In this document: positions 11,111-23,020 of the stretch, piece by piece
How positions within the stretch are numbered: position 1 is the first letter of the stretch
How the letters are laid out: each line of letters begins with the position of its first letter
NCBI RefSeq assembly: GCF_006345805.1
Contig: NW_021833240.1
Span: 17,111-81,110, forward strand
Length of the DNA: 64,000 nt
DNA from: Octopus sinensis
Lineage: Eukaryota
Reading direction: 5' to 3'
Position numbers and translations under genes: made by a program
Notes under the pieces: model-generated
Told to the model about the DNA's origin: nothing
Database searches by the model: none
Seen by the model: only the letters and a program-made list of their open reading frames with translations

Positions 11111-13840
11111 TTCTAAATAGCTCACCCTCTATCCTGGATTCCTCTAGCGCTGTTTCCTTACTAAAACCTACCGCCTCTACTCTAATAGCCGTTTTCAGGA
11201 TTATCAACGAATGACGGTTGATGATTGCCCCTGACAACTCTCGATGGACTACCTTGCTCTGAAAACTTGGCGCGCCGAGAAGGACGGGTTCTGTATCCGG
11301 GGCCCTCTCTATAGATCATATCCATGTCGACCGTACAGATCACAAATTCATGGTCCGTGTAGCCGACGACTTTGAAACGTAGACAACTTCTATCTACAGT
11401 TCTACACAATACTCTATATAGATATGGTACATTCGGGGAATTTAGTCGGTACCTGTCAGCGGCTGAGCATATTTCTGAGGTTTTTACTCCCCCATCTCCT
11501 ATCATCTAGCCCCACCCTGTCCAAGCGTGCGTCCGACATGATCATCCAGTCACCCACTGATATTAAAGAACGTAAAGCCCCAAAGAAAACCTCCAAACGT
11601 CAGAAGAAATGTGGCTGCCCTGGCCCCGTGGAGGTATAAACAGCGACTAGTCAAAAGGCACCATCTTGACTGTCGCTCATGCCCAGGACCACTAACTTAC
11701 ACTTTGGGTCAAGGAAGTTCGTCCGAACTTCGAGATCCTGGCCTTTACTAAACAGCACTGCTACCCCTTCTCCCACTCCAGGGTTGATCAGGAACTCTAA
11801 GGGTGCTGCTGTCGTAAATTGCACCCTCTTTCTCAATCTTTTTGTTACTGGATATGAGAGCCAACATATTTGGGGATCGTGGAGCTGGTATTAGTTGTGC
11901 TGTATCTATGTTCGATGTACGGAGTGTTTCTGTGATTTCAGGTGTTTTTTTTGTTCGTCTGTGTTTTATTTCCTTTGTCTTTTACGTTTTGGGTGTTTGT
12001 AAGGTTCTTCCTCATCTTCACTACGGAATGAGGAGGGACTAGTGTCTGTAGGATCTGTCTCGGGGAGTGTGAATGCGTTTGTAGCAGTGTCAGCGTCTTG
12101 GTATATGTGTATGCGTGAGAGAGAGGGTCTGCAGTGGCTGGCTTGACAGATACTCCTGGTGGTTTTTCACCATACTATGGGGTTCATGTATCTCCCATGT
12201 GGTTGGAGAGGAGGTTACTGTTTTACTAAAAGATCTGTTCCAATCTTTTGGATGCAGAAGTCTCTCGGGTGGTTTGTAGCCCTACAAATATCGCATCAGG
12301 TCTTCCTTCCTTCCACAACGACACGCAGTTCCACCCCGTTGACCTGGATCCTCACGATGTATCCTGGTTTCACATGGATCAATATTTTCAAGTTGATCCC
12401 AAACTAAGTCTTCTTGCTCCTCCTATTTACCCCCAGGGGTGAATCTGGCTCCTGCACCGCACAGGCGCTAATTCACTAACCATTTACACCCGGTAGCATG
12501 CCATTTATTCTAATTTTGATCGTTCTTTCTGTGGTCGTCCTAGGGGTGACCCTGCATGTCTCCACGCGAGGTTCTTACTTTTAAAGATGACCTCTATGTT
12601 GGCAAACTGCTTCCCTCTCTCTATATTGGCCATATCTCTTAAAATGTCTCCGAGGGCTTCCTCAACATGAGTGATTGAAGCTATTTTCGTGATACGCATC
12701 TGAAATATACTGCCTTCTATTTTTGCTTCTATCATTTCGGGAGGTACGAGACCTGCAGTCGTATCCCTCTTAAATTTATTGTCTTTCGCATCCAAGTGTT
12801 CACGGGTTTTATCACCGATTAGTGGCACACATTTCTCTCTTTGTGTTCGCTACAGAAGCAAACAATTTGTTTTTGTTATTGCTGTTATTGTCGTTGACGC
12901 TGCTCTTGTTGTTGTAGTTACTCCTGCTGCTAATGCTGCTGCTGCTGCTGCTGTTTATGTTAGTGGTGGTGATGGAGTTGTGGCCACTTCCACCGTGGCC
13001 ACTCTCAAAATCACCTTCACCGCTATTTTCATCCAATCCGGCTGTAGGAGAGCTGAAATATTAGCAATATTTGTCAGTTAAAATCCCTTGCATTATTAAC
13101 GAAAACGCTAACTCTGCTACTACTGTCTCTGAGACCACCGCTGTTGCTGTTGTTGTTAGGCAACACCACGGGTAAGGGTGATTAGGTGATGGTCTAGGGC
13201 TTAGGGGCGCGTGACCACAGACCTTAGAAGAAAAAAAAATTGTCGTCTTGTAGTCGAGGGCTCTTCGTTGACGCCTGACACTACTGGGAGGTGGCCCTCG
13301 AATTCGCTGGAAATAGAGATCTCCAGGTCCAACTTCTTGAACGGCAGCTGGTGCCCCCTCTACTACTAATGCCCCCGCCGCCGTCACTGCTTCTACCGCT
13401 CCTGTTCCTGCTCCCAATTCTATTGTCACTTTTGCCAATGTTGTTATTCCGAAGTGGACTTGTACTATTTCACCTTCACTTTTCTCCCCCCCCCCCCACA
13501 TACACCTCCTGAATTGTTGCCAGTAACAGAGGGGAGGGGAAGGAAACCTTCAGCGGTCACAAGATCTGCGTGAGGGACAATTTTTCCTTAATTCTTTCAA
13601 GATACCCTCCGCTATCTTGTTGAATTGTACGTTTTTAAACTCCCAATTAACTTATATGGTGGGTCGAAATTTTGCCCCACGAGGGACCAAACAAACAGCG
13701 AAAAACCAGTGACAGATCCCTGCATTTGTATTAACAACTTGGAACAAAATGTAACGCGAAACAATTGCCCCAAACTGGTGCAAACAAATGTTTTGAACTG
13801 AACTTACTTGGAGCGTTCGAAAACATATCCAATCTACTCC
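11110..13840 (-). mobile_element. Tx1/L1-clade LINE 5' part: ORF1 (gag-like) plus APE endonuclease; RT and 3' end missing
   Basis: Minus strand: EGRKT*CDICRATNHPRDFC (CX2CX4HX4C knuckle, 12254-12295); EGVAVLFSK...DPKCKLVVL (11651-11836); GYTDHEFVIC...GPGY (11182-11505), APE motifs typical of L1/Tx1. 5' boundary uncertain. Confidence 0.85.
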
Positions 13841-13867
13841 ACAACAACAACAATAATAATAATAATA

Positions 13868-14179
13868 TTAAAAGGGATTGATTGCTACCTAAATCAGATA
13901 GAAGGAAACCCCAAAATGGCAGAAATTCAAAAGATAGTGCTCATGGGAACTGCTCATATCCTACGCAAGATACTTTCTATGTAACCTCAAGTTTTAAAAC
14001 AAACATAACTTTCATTGTTTTTTTTTTAGGCATTCACTAGTACAACACTAAATACAAAACAAAATATATGGCACACTAGGCATAACAACAATACGAACGT
14101 CCAAAATGTTGCCTCTTGAGATCTCTGGGTGAGACTTGGATCCAACTTGTACAAATATAAAGCAAAAGACAAACATAGA
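13868..14179 (+). mobile_element. Dong/R4 LINE 3' end, same subfamily as 21097-22425
   Basis: KGIDCYLNQIEGNPKMAEIQKIVLMGTAHILRKILSM* and a 3' UTR matching the reverse complement of 21097-21313; (AAT)n on both sides. Confidence 0.9.
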
Positions 14180-14304
14180 ATAATAATAATAATAATAATA
14201 ATAGCGATGGTGACACTGATGATGATGACGATGATGATCATGATCATCATCATCATGATGATCATGATGATGATGGTGATCATCATCATCATGATGATCA
14301 TGAT

Positions 14305-14354
<50 letters not shown>

Positions 14355-14410
14355 TTATGGTGGTGGTGGTGGTGATGATGATGATGATGTTGTTGATGAA
14401 GATGATAGTA
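14180..14410. repeat. Compound (AAT)n/(ATG)n/(ATGATC)n/(GTG)n microsatellite
   Basis: Direct reading. Confidence 0.9.
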
Positions 14411-15149
14411 TTTAGTATAGGCACAAGGTCTGATATTTGGTTGGATGGTGTTAGTCGAATATATTGATCCCAGTATTTTATCGATTTCGAAGCGATCAAA
14501 GTAAAGTCAATTTGTACAAAAGTTACGAAATGTTAACTCGGTCGTAATAGAAACATGCATTTGGCAGAACTCAATTATTTTGGTGATTTAGGGCTTCTGG
14601 ATTGGGGTTTCTGGATTGGGTTTTCTTTGGGAACATGCTCAAGGCTTAATATTGAAACAGTTTTCTTACGTATTTAATGCTATGCCAAAAATTTAAAAGA
14701 AAAAAAAAACCTTGTATCCATTGATAATGACCTTAATGGATTTTTTTCTTCCTGGTGAATATGTTTTTCATTTGTTATAATGCATTTAACTTCCATTCGC
14801 CAAACTGATTTTTAATTGAGATTTATGTCACGCTTGAAGACTCCTGAGATGCGAATTAATGTTTAGGATGAGATGATCGTTTCTAAAATCTCAAGAGCGA
14901 GAAACCACAAAGGCAATGAATATAAAACATCGAAATTGAAAAAAATAATAATAATTAGTGTCTAAACCAAAAGCGTTCCCTTCTATGCAGGTATTGATAT
15001 AATATCTGTTATCCATACCTTCGGAAGGCGCAAAAATCCAAGTAGTCAAAACTCGTGTGAGTGACTCAAATGAACTTCCTCAACTACAACAGCAATGGTA
15101 ATGAGGGTGATGATGATGGTAACTCTGATGATGATGATGATGATGATGA

Positions 15150-15190
<41 letters not shown>

Positions 15191-15242
15191 GAAGAAGAAG
15201 AAGAATAAGAAGAAGAACAACAACAACAACAACAACAATAAT

Positions 15243-15434
15243 GGCACCGATTTGGGAGGAGGGGATGAGTCAATTACATCGACCCCAGTATTCAACTGGT
15301 ACGTATTTTTGTCGATCCTGACAGGATGAAAGGCAACGTCGACCTCGGAGCAATTTGAAATCAGAATGGAGCGATGGCCAAATCACTACTAAACATTTCG
15401 TCCAACGTGCTAACGATTCTTCCAGTACACCGCC

Positions 15435-15436
<2 letters not shown>
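15243..15436 (-). mobile_element. SINE family A
   Basis: Reverse complement of the 51208-51380 copy (gtcgatcctgacaggatgaaaggcaacgtcgacctcgg...ccgcctt); flanked by trinucleotide tracts. Further degraded copies at ~14415-14520, 15480-15660, 23570-23680, 32270-32480, 36760-36960, 43700-43810, 44850-45180, 53180-53340 and 54300-54680. Confidence 0.8.
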
Positions 15437-15480
<44 letters not shown>

Positions 15481-15887
15481 TGTTTCTGTTATGGGCGTAA
15501 GAGGATAGATTTTTATGGGTGTGTGTGCAAGTCAATTATATCGATCCAGTACTTGACTGATAGTTATTACGTTGAACTAGCGAGGATGAAAGGTAATATA
15601 GACCCGTTCGATATTTGTAAATAGAAGATAAATGGATATAGCTATACATTGAAATGTTGTGTGCCGGGTGGGTTGTGGAGTTATCGATTAAATTGAAGAA
15701 TATGAGCAATAACCGATGACTAATGAAAAACATGAAATCAACGTGGCGTTTGCTCCTCATTCGATACGAGTTTCGATATGAAGAAAGGAATTCGCATGAA
15801 ATCCCAGTATATCCACACGATTGTGTGTATGTATGTGTGTGTTTGTGTCTGCATGCGTCTGTGTGTATTTGGGTGTATATATATATT

Positions 15888-15963
<76 letters not shown>

Positions 15964-15977
15964 ATATATATATATAT

Positions 15978-16155
15978 AGGGAAAGTTTACGAAGACAGGT
16001 GGTGTACAAAACAAACAGATGTATTAGTATAACGCTCAGGAATAGAAAAAGTATTTTACGTTTCGAGCCTACGCTTTTCTACAAAAAGGTACACGGAAAA
16101 AAAACAACGAGAGAAACAAGGAGGGAAAATGTGTGTAGTGGCTAACGATCTATCA
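15978..16155 (-). mobile_element. Penelope-like pLTR fragment
   Basis: gaagacaggtggtgtacaaaacaaacagatgtattag...acgtttcgagcctacgc matches 4260-4420. Confidence 0.8.
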
Positions 16156-16409
16156 TATGTGTATATCTATCTATCTATCTATCTATCTGCCAACAGACAC
16201 ACACACACACATATATATATATATAGTATTTTCCTCCTATTAAGGCTATCATTGCTTTCCTGTTAAGAAAATATCTTAAATTTTCCAGCCGATCACATAT
16301 ATATTAAGGCATTCTTTTAGCATGAAACCAACGGTATCCTTAATACACAAATAAAGAATCAGTATCCAACAATACGGTGTCGGACACTCGTTCCTTGTGT
16401 TCGACACTT

Positions 16410-16680
<271 letters not shown>

Positions 16681-18168
16681 AAGAATGGAGAAAATCATAT
16701 CTTTAATTCATGATTACAGTATGCATTCCTGACGGCCCTTTATATTGTGTCAGCGTATTTATAAACAAAAATGCAGGCATAATGTAAATTAATATATCCG
16801 CCAATATATGCTAGCACAACGTTATCGAAGCAATTCAAAGTGGGCTAAATACAAAGTGAAGTAAGAAAATATCTCCCGCACACGAACATAAAGAACTTTA
16901 AGAAGACATACAATATTCTAAAAAAAGCCAATTTAGTATTTAACTTTTGGTGAGGTCAGTAGATAACGAGAGAAAAAACAATATTGAAATCCTACGTCAC
17001 GTCAATTACTTGCCTATCTATTAAATACGCTAAAATTGTTTTATAAAAATTAAGCATATTAAATTATAGAATAAGCAATTATATTTATTTGGCTCTTGAT
17101 GACGTCAGTAGATAACGGGAGGAGAAAAAAATTAACAAAAATTCTATGTCACATCAATTAGTTTTCTATTAAATATGCTAAGAAATGTTTTAGAAACAAT
17201 AAGAGTATTAGATTTTTGGAAAAGCATTCATAATTAATGGGTTATTTACTATTGAAATATTTAAATATATTTTTCAATTTTTATGAGGACATTTCAATGT
17301 AAAATTATTTAAATAACTTAAAAATTCTAATTTCGAAGTATTTATGTAATACAATTCCTAAATGCAAACATTATTTTAAAAATTAACAGTCTTGGTGCAT
17401 AAATAATAAGGGACCACTTGCTAGTATAGTTAATGTTTCTGTATGTAAAATCTCAACTGCATTTACTAAAGTTCGTAGAATTACATTTTATACTAGACTT
17501 AAATCTAGGTTTGCAAATTATAGCAGAAGAACCGTTGCAATAATACGTACGACCCCAATTAATGAGCATCCATTGATGCACGATATCCTTCTTTAAACAC
17601 TGATTTTCCAACACACAGATAATTTTGATCTTTGAAATTACAATGATATTTATTCATTCGTATGCTGTTCTCGTGGGTAAAGGAATTAGTACTAATCCCC
17701 TTCTCAGAGGTGGGTGTTAAAGCAAGATTATTAACATTATAATAAATATTATTACTAGATTTTATCTGAAAGGTACCATCAATTTCACAGTCGAAATTAC
17801 TTTTACTTAAACTGCTGCAGGGAAATTATCGTTAGATTCAATTTCACAACTTACATTATCTGTCTGGTCGTGGAATAAAAAAACTTTACTCTCTGGCGAT
17901 TAAATAATTTCCTGTACTTTCTTCCATGTGGGAAATATTTATCCAGAACAGCAATGAATTTCCGAGGAATGTTAGTTGCTATGTAAGATGCGAACTTTGC
18001 ATTATACCAGGTAATCTTCATTTATTTAATCTTGCTCTTATTTATAAAAAAACGTTTTCCTTAATATTGATATTACCAACGTATTCATAATTATTAAGTC
18101 TAAAATTAGATCTCGTAATTTTATGCTCAGAGTCATAAATGTCTATAGGATTATTATTGTTATTATTA

Positions 18169-18237
<69 letters not shown>

Positions 18238-18238
<1 letters not shown>

Positions 18239-19371
18239 TGATGCAAACTCTCTGCTTATTTTGCTGGGTATGATGGAATGTCAGCTGTCCACAGCCAGCA
18301 CACTAAGGTGCTACTTATTTCCTGATGATGCTTCAAGAACCGTACAAAGAATTCTTGCAGTTCCAAGCAATGATGATTTTTGTAGGTGTTCTACCTTCAC
18401 ACTTTCACCGATCTTTTCCCGCCATTCTGGTAGTTGAGTACTGATACTTCCAAGTGCACCAATTACTATTGGTATCACGTTTACTCTCTTCATTGACCAC
18501 AACCTTCGTATTTCCTACTTCAAATCGTTAGAGTTGTCTATTTTTCTCCTTCTTTCACATTGATCTTGTTAACACTGGGGAATGCTATGTTGATTATCAT
18601 ACATGTTTTTTCTTTTAATTCACTACAACAATGTCCGGTTTACGATGTCTGGTCGGGTAATCGCACTGGATCATTGCATCCTACAGGATCTTGAAATTTT
18701 CATTCTCAGCGACTCCTTCTGGAATGTTCTCATACCACGTCTTTGCTCTTTGTAGGTCGTGATTTCCAGAGCTCCCAAAGGATCCTTATTACCAAACGAT
18801 GTGGAATACTGATTCATCCTTCTCCCCACACATTCTGCATTTGTCGCTATCGCGGTCGTGTTGTATTTTCTGTATTTCACATAGTTGGCCCTTAACGCTT
18901 GATCTCGAGCTGCACATATGAGTGCTTCTGTCTCTATCTTCAGGTCACTCCTCCCCATCCATAGCCACAGGTCTTCGTATCTTCGCGTTCACATCTCTTG
19001 CAAACTGAGTTTACATTTTTCTTTCCATGCCTTCCCTTTTTCAGTTTTTCTTTTTGGTTAAATTCTTTAAACTATTCTTTCATTACACAATTTTCAGTTT
19101 TGATCACGCCGGCCTTTTTCGTGTATTTCAAAAGTGGCTCCACGACTTTTTTCATATACCACCGTAAGCTGTTTTCCTTTACTTCAATACAGTACTGGCA
19201 ACCGATCAAATTTCTCCCACCCTTTCTTCTGGACAAGTACCGCCTATTGATGTCACTCTTAAAGTGGAAGTTTCCGTGTACTTTCGATATTTTTGTGTTC
19301 ATCTTATCCATTCTCATCACCTCTCTCTTATAACTCCTGCTCCATACCAAGGTGATGCTATCACCCACATA
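18238..19371 (-). mobile_element. Dong/R4 LINE 5'-truncated copy (subfamily A)
   Basis: HGNFHFKSDINRRYLSRRKGGRNL; DLKIETEALICAARDQAL; WSMKRVNVIPIVIGALGSI...LLGTARILCTVLE; (ATT)n on both sides. Confidence 0.9.
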
Positions 19372-19374
19372 TTA

Positions 19375-19436
<62 letters not shown>

Positions 19437-19484
19437 TTATTATTATTATTACTATTAATATTACTATTATTATTATTATTATTA

Positions 19485-19527
<43 letters not shown>

Positions 19528-19529
<2 letters not shown>

Positions 19530-19990
19530 TCATTTTAATCTGCATGTTTCTTACTGTCGCTTGCCAAAACAAACCGAGTGTCCTGGGGCGAGTGAAGGAT
19601 AACGGATGTTACAGTATTACTGAAAGCTTGGGGAGGGAAGTAGTGAAATATCTTCATTTAATACATCACAGACATTTAAATGGAAAGGCCTTTACTGGGG
19701 ATGTGGGCAGCATGTGTCAGCACAATCTTTTGGATTTCTCTGAGACAAGGTTCTCCTGGGATGTTTCTAATATATGTTTCTAGATGTTTCTAATATTTTC
19801 TTTTATCATACCTAGGGTACTTACAATAGCATTAACAGTTCTTGCTTTAATATACAACATGCGTTGTATTTTAATTTCCAGGTCCTTTTATTTAATTAGT
19901 TTGTCAAATTCCTTGAGACATATATTCTTATCAGTGGGAACATTTATATCCCTCAGTATACAAGTATTTTCTTAATAATAATAAGTATAT
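19528..19990 (-). mobile_element. Dong/R4 LINE 3' fragment (subfamily B)
   Basis: Minus strand resembles DINVPTDKNICLKEFDKLIK*KDLEI...GMIK...IPGEPCLREIQKIVLTHAAHIP; (ATT)n on both sides. Confidence 0.85.
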
Positions 19991-20004
19991 CATTATTATT
20001 ATTA

Positions 20005-20035
<31 letters not shown>

Positions 20036-20046
20036 TTATTATTATT

Positions 20047-20962
20047 AGATTTTCTTCTTCTTTCATCTTTGTTTCCATTTTGTTCCATTGTCCAGTGTCT
20101 TCCCGACTCCTTGGGCAAAGAAACGTACTATAAACATTGATTGGCCATTAGATTAAGCACCTTAAATGTTCAGTTCCAAAATGAAATGCAGTTATGTAAA
20201 GAAATGAAAAAATTAAAGCAATTAAAATATTAAATCACACAGTTAGAAATCGTTCTGTCACCGACAATGCTCTTCTCAATTCGTGTGAAGAACCAGTTAA
20301 AACAATCTTTACATTTCTTGCAGGAAAGGTAAAACATGTGTCAATCTAAAATAATGTTCAGTTCCTTTTTTGATAATTCCCAGTGCTCCTACAACCATTG
20401 GAATTGTAAATGTCTTGAGATACGACATGTTTTCGATTTCAATACGGAAATCTTTATATTTTATGAGCTCGTTAAATATTTTTGCCGAAATATTGTGATT
20501 ATAAGGAATGCTAAAATCGATCAATATACGAAGTTTATTGTTTTAGTCTTTCATAACAATGTCCGGTAATTTAACTTTGATCGTTCTGTATTATGTATTA
20601 GAATGTCCCACAGAATCGTTATATTTTCTCCCTCTCTAACAACTTGGTGTCGGTGATCATACAACTTGTCAAAAGTTTTGATTTGTGAAGTCGACATATT
20701 AACTAGTGTAGCTATTGGTCAACTCTGTAATATCTTGATTTATACAATATGGGTGCTAAAACTTTACATCTAGAGATTAGGTGATCCAAAGTTTTTTAAT
20801 CGCTTCGTTGCAATATCGGCACTTTTGGTCTACTCCATTTTCATGAAACTGGTGTGGCAATTTTGGATCAATAAACTTTGATCTTGACCAGCGGAAACAA
20901 CTTCTTCGCTCTCTACCTTTAGTCCTGAGCTCCGAAGCTACTGATGAGTGGACTTCTAGCCT
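20047..20962 (-). mobile_element. Dong/R4 LINE 3' fragment (subfamily C)
   Basis: SSGLKVESEE...QDQ, KCRYCNE...DHLISRC, ILWDI, IDFSIPYNHNISAK...KYKD...VVGALGIIKKG. Confidence 0.85.
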
Positions 20963-20991
20963 ATAACAATAATGATAATAATAATTATTAA

Positions 20992-21062
<71 letters not shown>

Positions 21063-21096
21063 CATTATTATTATTATTATTGTTATTATTATTATT

Positions 21097-22422
21097 CTAT
21101 GTTTGACTTTTGCTTTATATTTGTACAAGTTGGCTCCAAGTCTCACCCAGAGACCTCAAGAGACAACAGGGTTGAAATTCATGTTGTTGTTATGCCTAGT
21201 GTGCCATATATTTGGGGGGTGGGGATGTTGTACTAATGAATGTCTAAAAAAAAAAAAAGGTTTTTTTTTTTTTTTTTTTAAACCGAAAATTATGTTTGTT
21301 TTAAACCTTGAGGTTACATAGAGAGTATTTTGCGTAGGATATGAGCAGTTCCCATGAGCACTATCTTTTGAACTTCTGCCATTTTTGGGTTTCCTGGTAT
21401 CTGAGTTAGGTAGCTATCAGCCCCTTTTGCTATCATTCCCAGGGCACCTATGACAACAGGTATTGTTTTAGTCTTCAGCTTCCACATTTTGCTGATTTCT
21501 ATTTCAAGATCTTTATATTTGCACAGTTTTTGGTAGGTCTTGACAGATACGTTTATATCGATTGGGACAGTCATATCAATGAGGAGGCATGTTCTTTGTT
21601 TGAAGTTTTTCAATATGATGTCTGGCCTATTTGCATCTATCTTCCTGTCAGTTTGAATGGTGAAGTTCCAGAGGAGTGAGATGTGGTCATTTTCAAGCAC
21701 TGGGGGTGGTTTGTGTTCCCACCAGTTTTTTTCATGGGGCAAATCCAGGTTTTTACAGATTACCCAGTGAATATATTGTGCAGCTCTATCGTGCCTGTTG
21801 AGATACTCTGTAGGCGCTAGAAGACTGCACTTGGAGACCACATGGTCAATGGTTTCATTTTGTTGCTTGCATACACGACACGTTGGACTGCTTCTGATCT
21901 TTAATATGTTGGCCTGGTAGTTTCTTGTTGGTAGGCATTGATCTGGAGCTGCTATGATAAACCCCTCTGTTTCAGATTTTAAGCCAGAGGCCATTAGCCA
22001 TTGATGGGTCAGGGCTTTGTCGATATCTGCATTATTCGCTCTCTTTGGGTATTTGCCATAGAGAGGTTTTTCTTGCCATTTATTATTCAGAATATCTAAG
22101 GCCGCAGTTTTGGCACGGGTTTTCATGCGCCTAGCTTTTTCTGTGCTTGTTTCTTGTATATCTATCTCTAATTCCGAAATTGGTTGTATTCGGAATTCAC
22201 TTAGATATTCCTTTGCCTGTTTTGTGACTGAGTATGATGCTTTCTTGTTTTCATGTTTTGAGACAAGTTTTAGCATCCAGTCCTCAGAGTTTTTCAGGTA
22301 GGTGTCTAGGCCAATTGTAGCAATCTTCATTGTTATTGCCAGTTGCAAAAGACCACGGCCTCCCTCTTTTCTTGGCAGATAGAGTCGTTCTGTATCTGCC
22401 TTAGGGTGGTGCATTCTATGCA

Positions 22423-22425
<3 letters not shown>
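21097..22425 (-). mobile_element. Young 5'-truncated Dong/R4 LINE (subfamily D); uninterrupted 369-aa C-terminal ORF with CCHC finger and PD-(D/E)xK restriction-like endonuclease
   Basis: ORF 21314-22423: HHPKAD..RLYLPRKEGGRGL, SGLKSETEGFIIAA, CRVCKQQNETIDHVVSKC (C-x2-C-x8-H-x4-C), RHD, NRPDII...LIDMTVP, KYKDL, VIGALG; 3' UTR ends in (AAT)n. Confidence 0.95.
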
Positions 22426-22472
<47 letters not shown>

Positions 22473-22958
22473 GAGTGAGAAAGCAGTTCATGCCATCAAA
22501 GTGACACTGGGGTAAAATATACGAACCCCAATATACCCATCATGACTACCCGTCTGATAAAGGTACACCAGGCACATGCATCACAACCATATGTGCGCGA
22601 CATGGTGATCTCATATCAAGATAAACAACACATGACCTTGCAGGTGGGGCCCAGTTAGAATTTTCTTCATTTTGAGTAGCCCATCCTGCTCAAACGGTCC
22701 CTGAATAAGGGTTATTTAAGGATGTTGAAAGAACCACCCATGTTTCCAGAGGTGAACTATTCAAACCCCAAAGAATCCCTCTCAACACATGGCTATGATG
22801 CTCCCCCACTACTTCTGCTCGTGATCAGAGATGCACATATCGTCAGCCACTAAGGGACATGCTCAACTGGTTAAGGTCAAACAACTGACAAGCAAATCTG
22901 TGGTATTGAGCAGAATAATTGCTGTAGCCCATCTTTTATACCAAGACAAAACAATGTA
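22473..22958 (-). mobile_element. Unclassified non-coding repeat 'element X' with (AAT)n tail
   Basis: Second copy in opposite orientation at ~43001-43525; both end ...ctgctYtctcRcNc followed by (AAT)n. Confidence 0.75.
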
Positions 22959-22979
22959 TTATTATTATTATTATTATTA

Positions 22980-23019
<40 letters not shown>

Positions 23020-23020
<1 letters not shown>

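Noticed and set aside
20935-20965. Hammerhead core CTGATGAG
   Set aside because: Antisense of Dong coding sequence; no downstream GAAA or stems.
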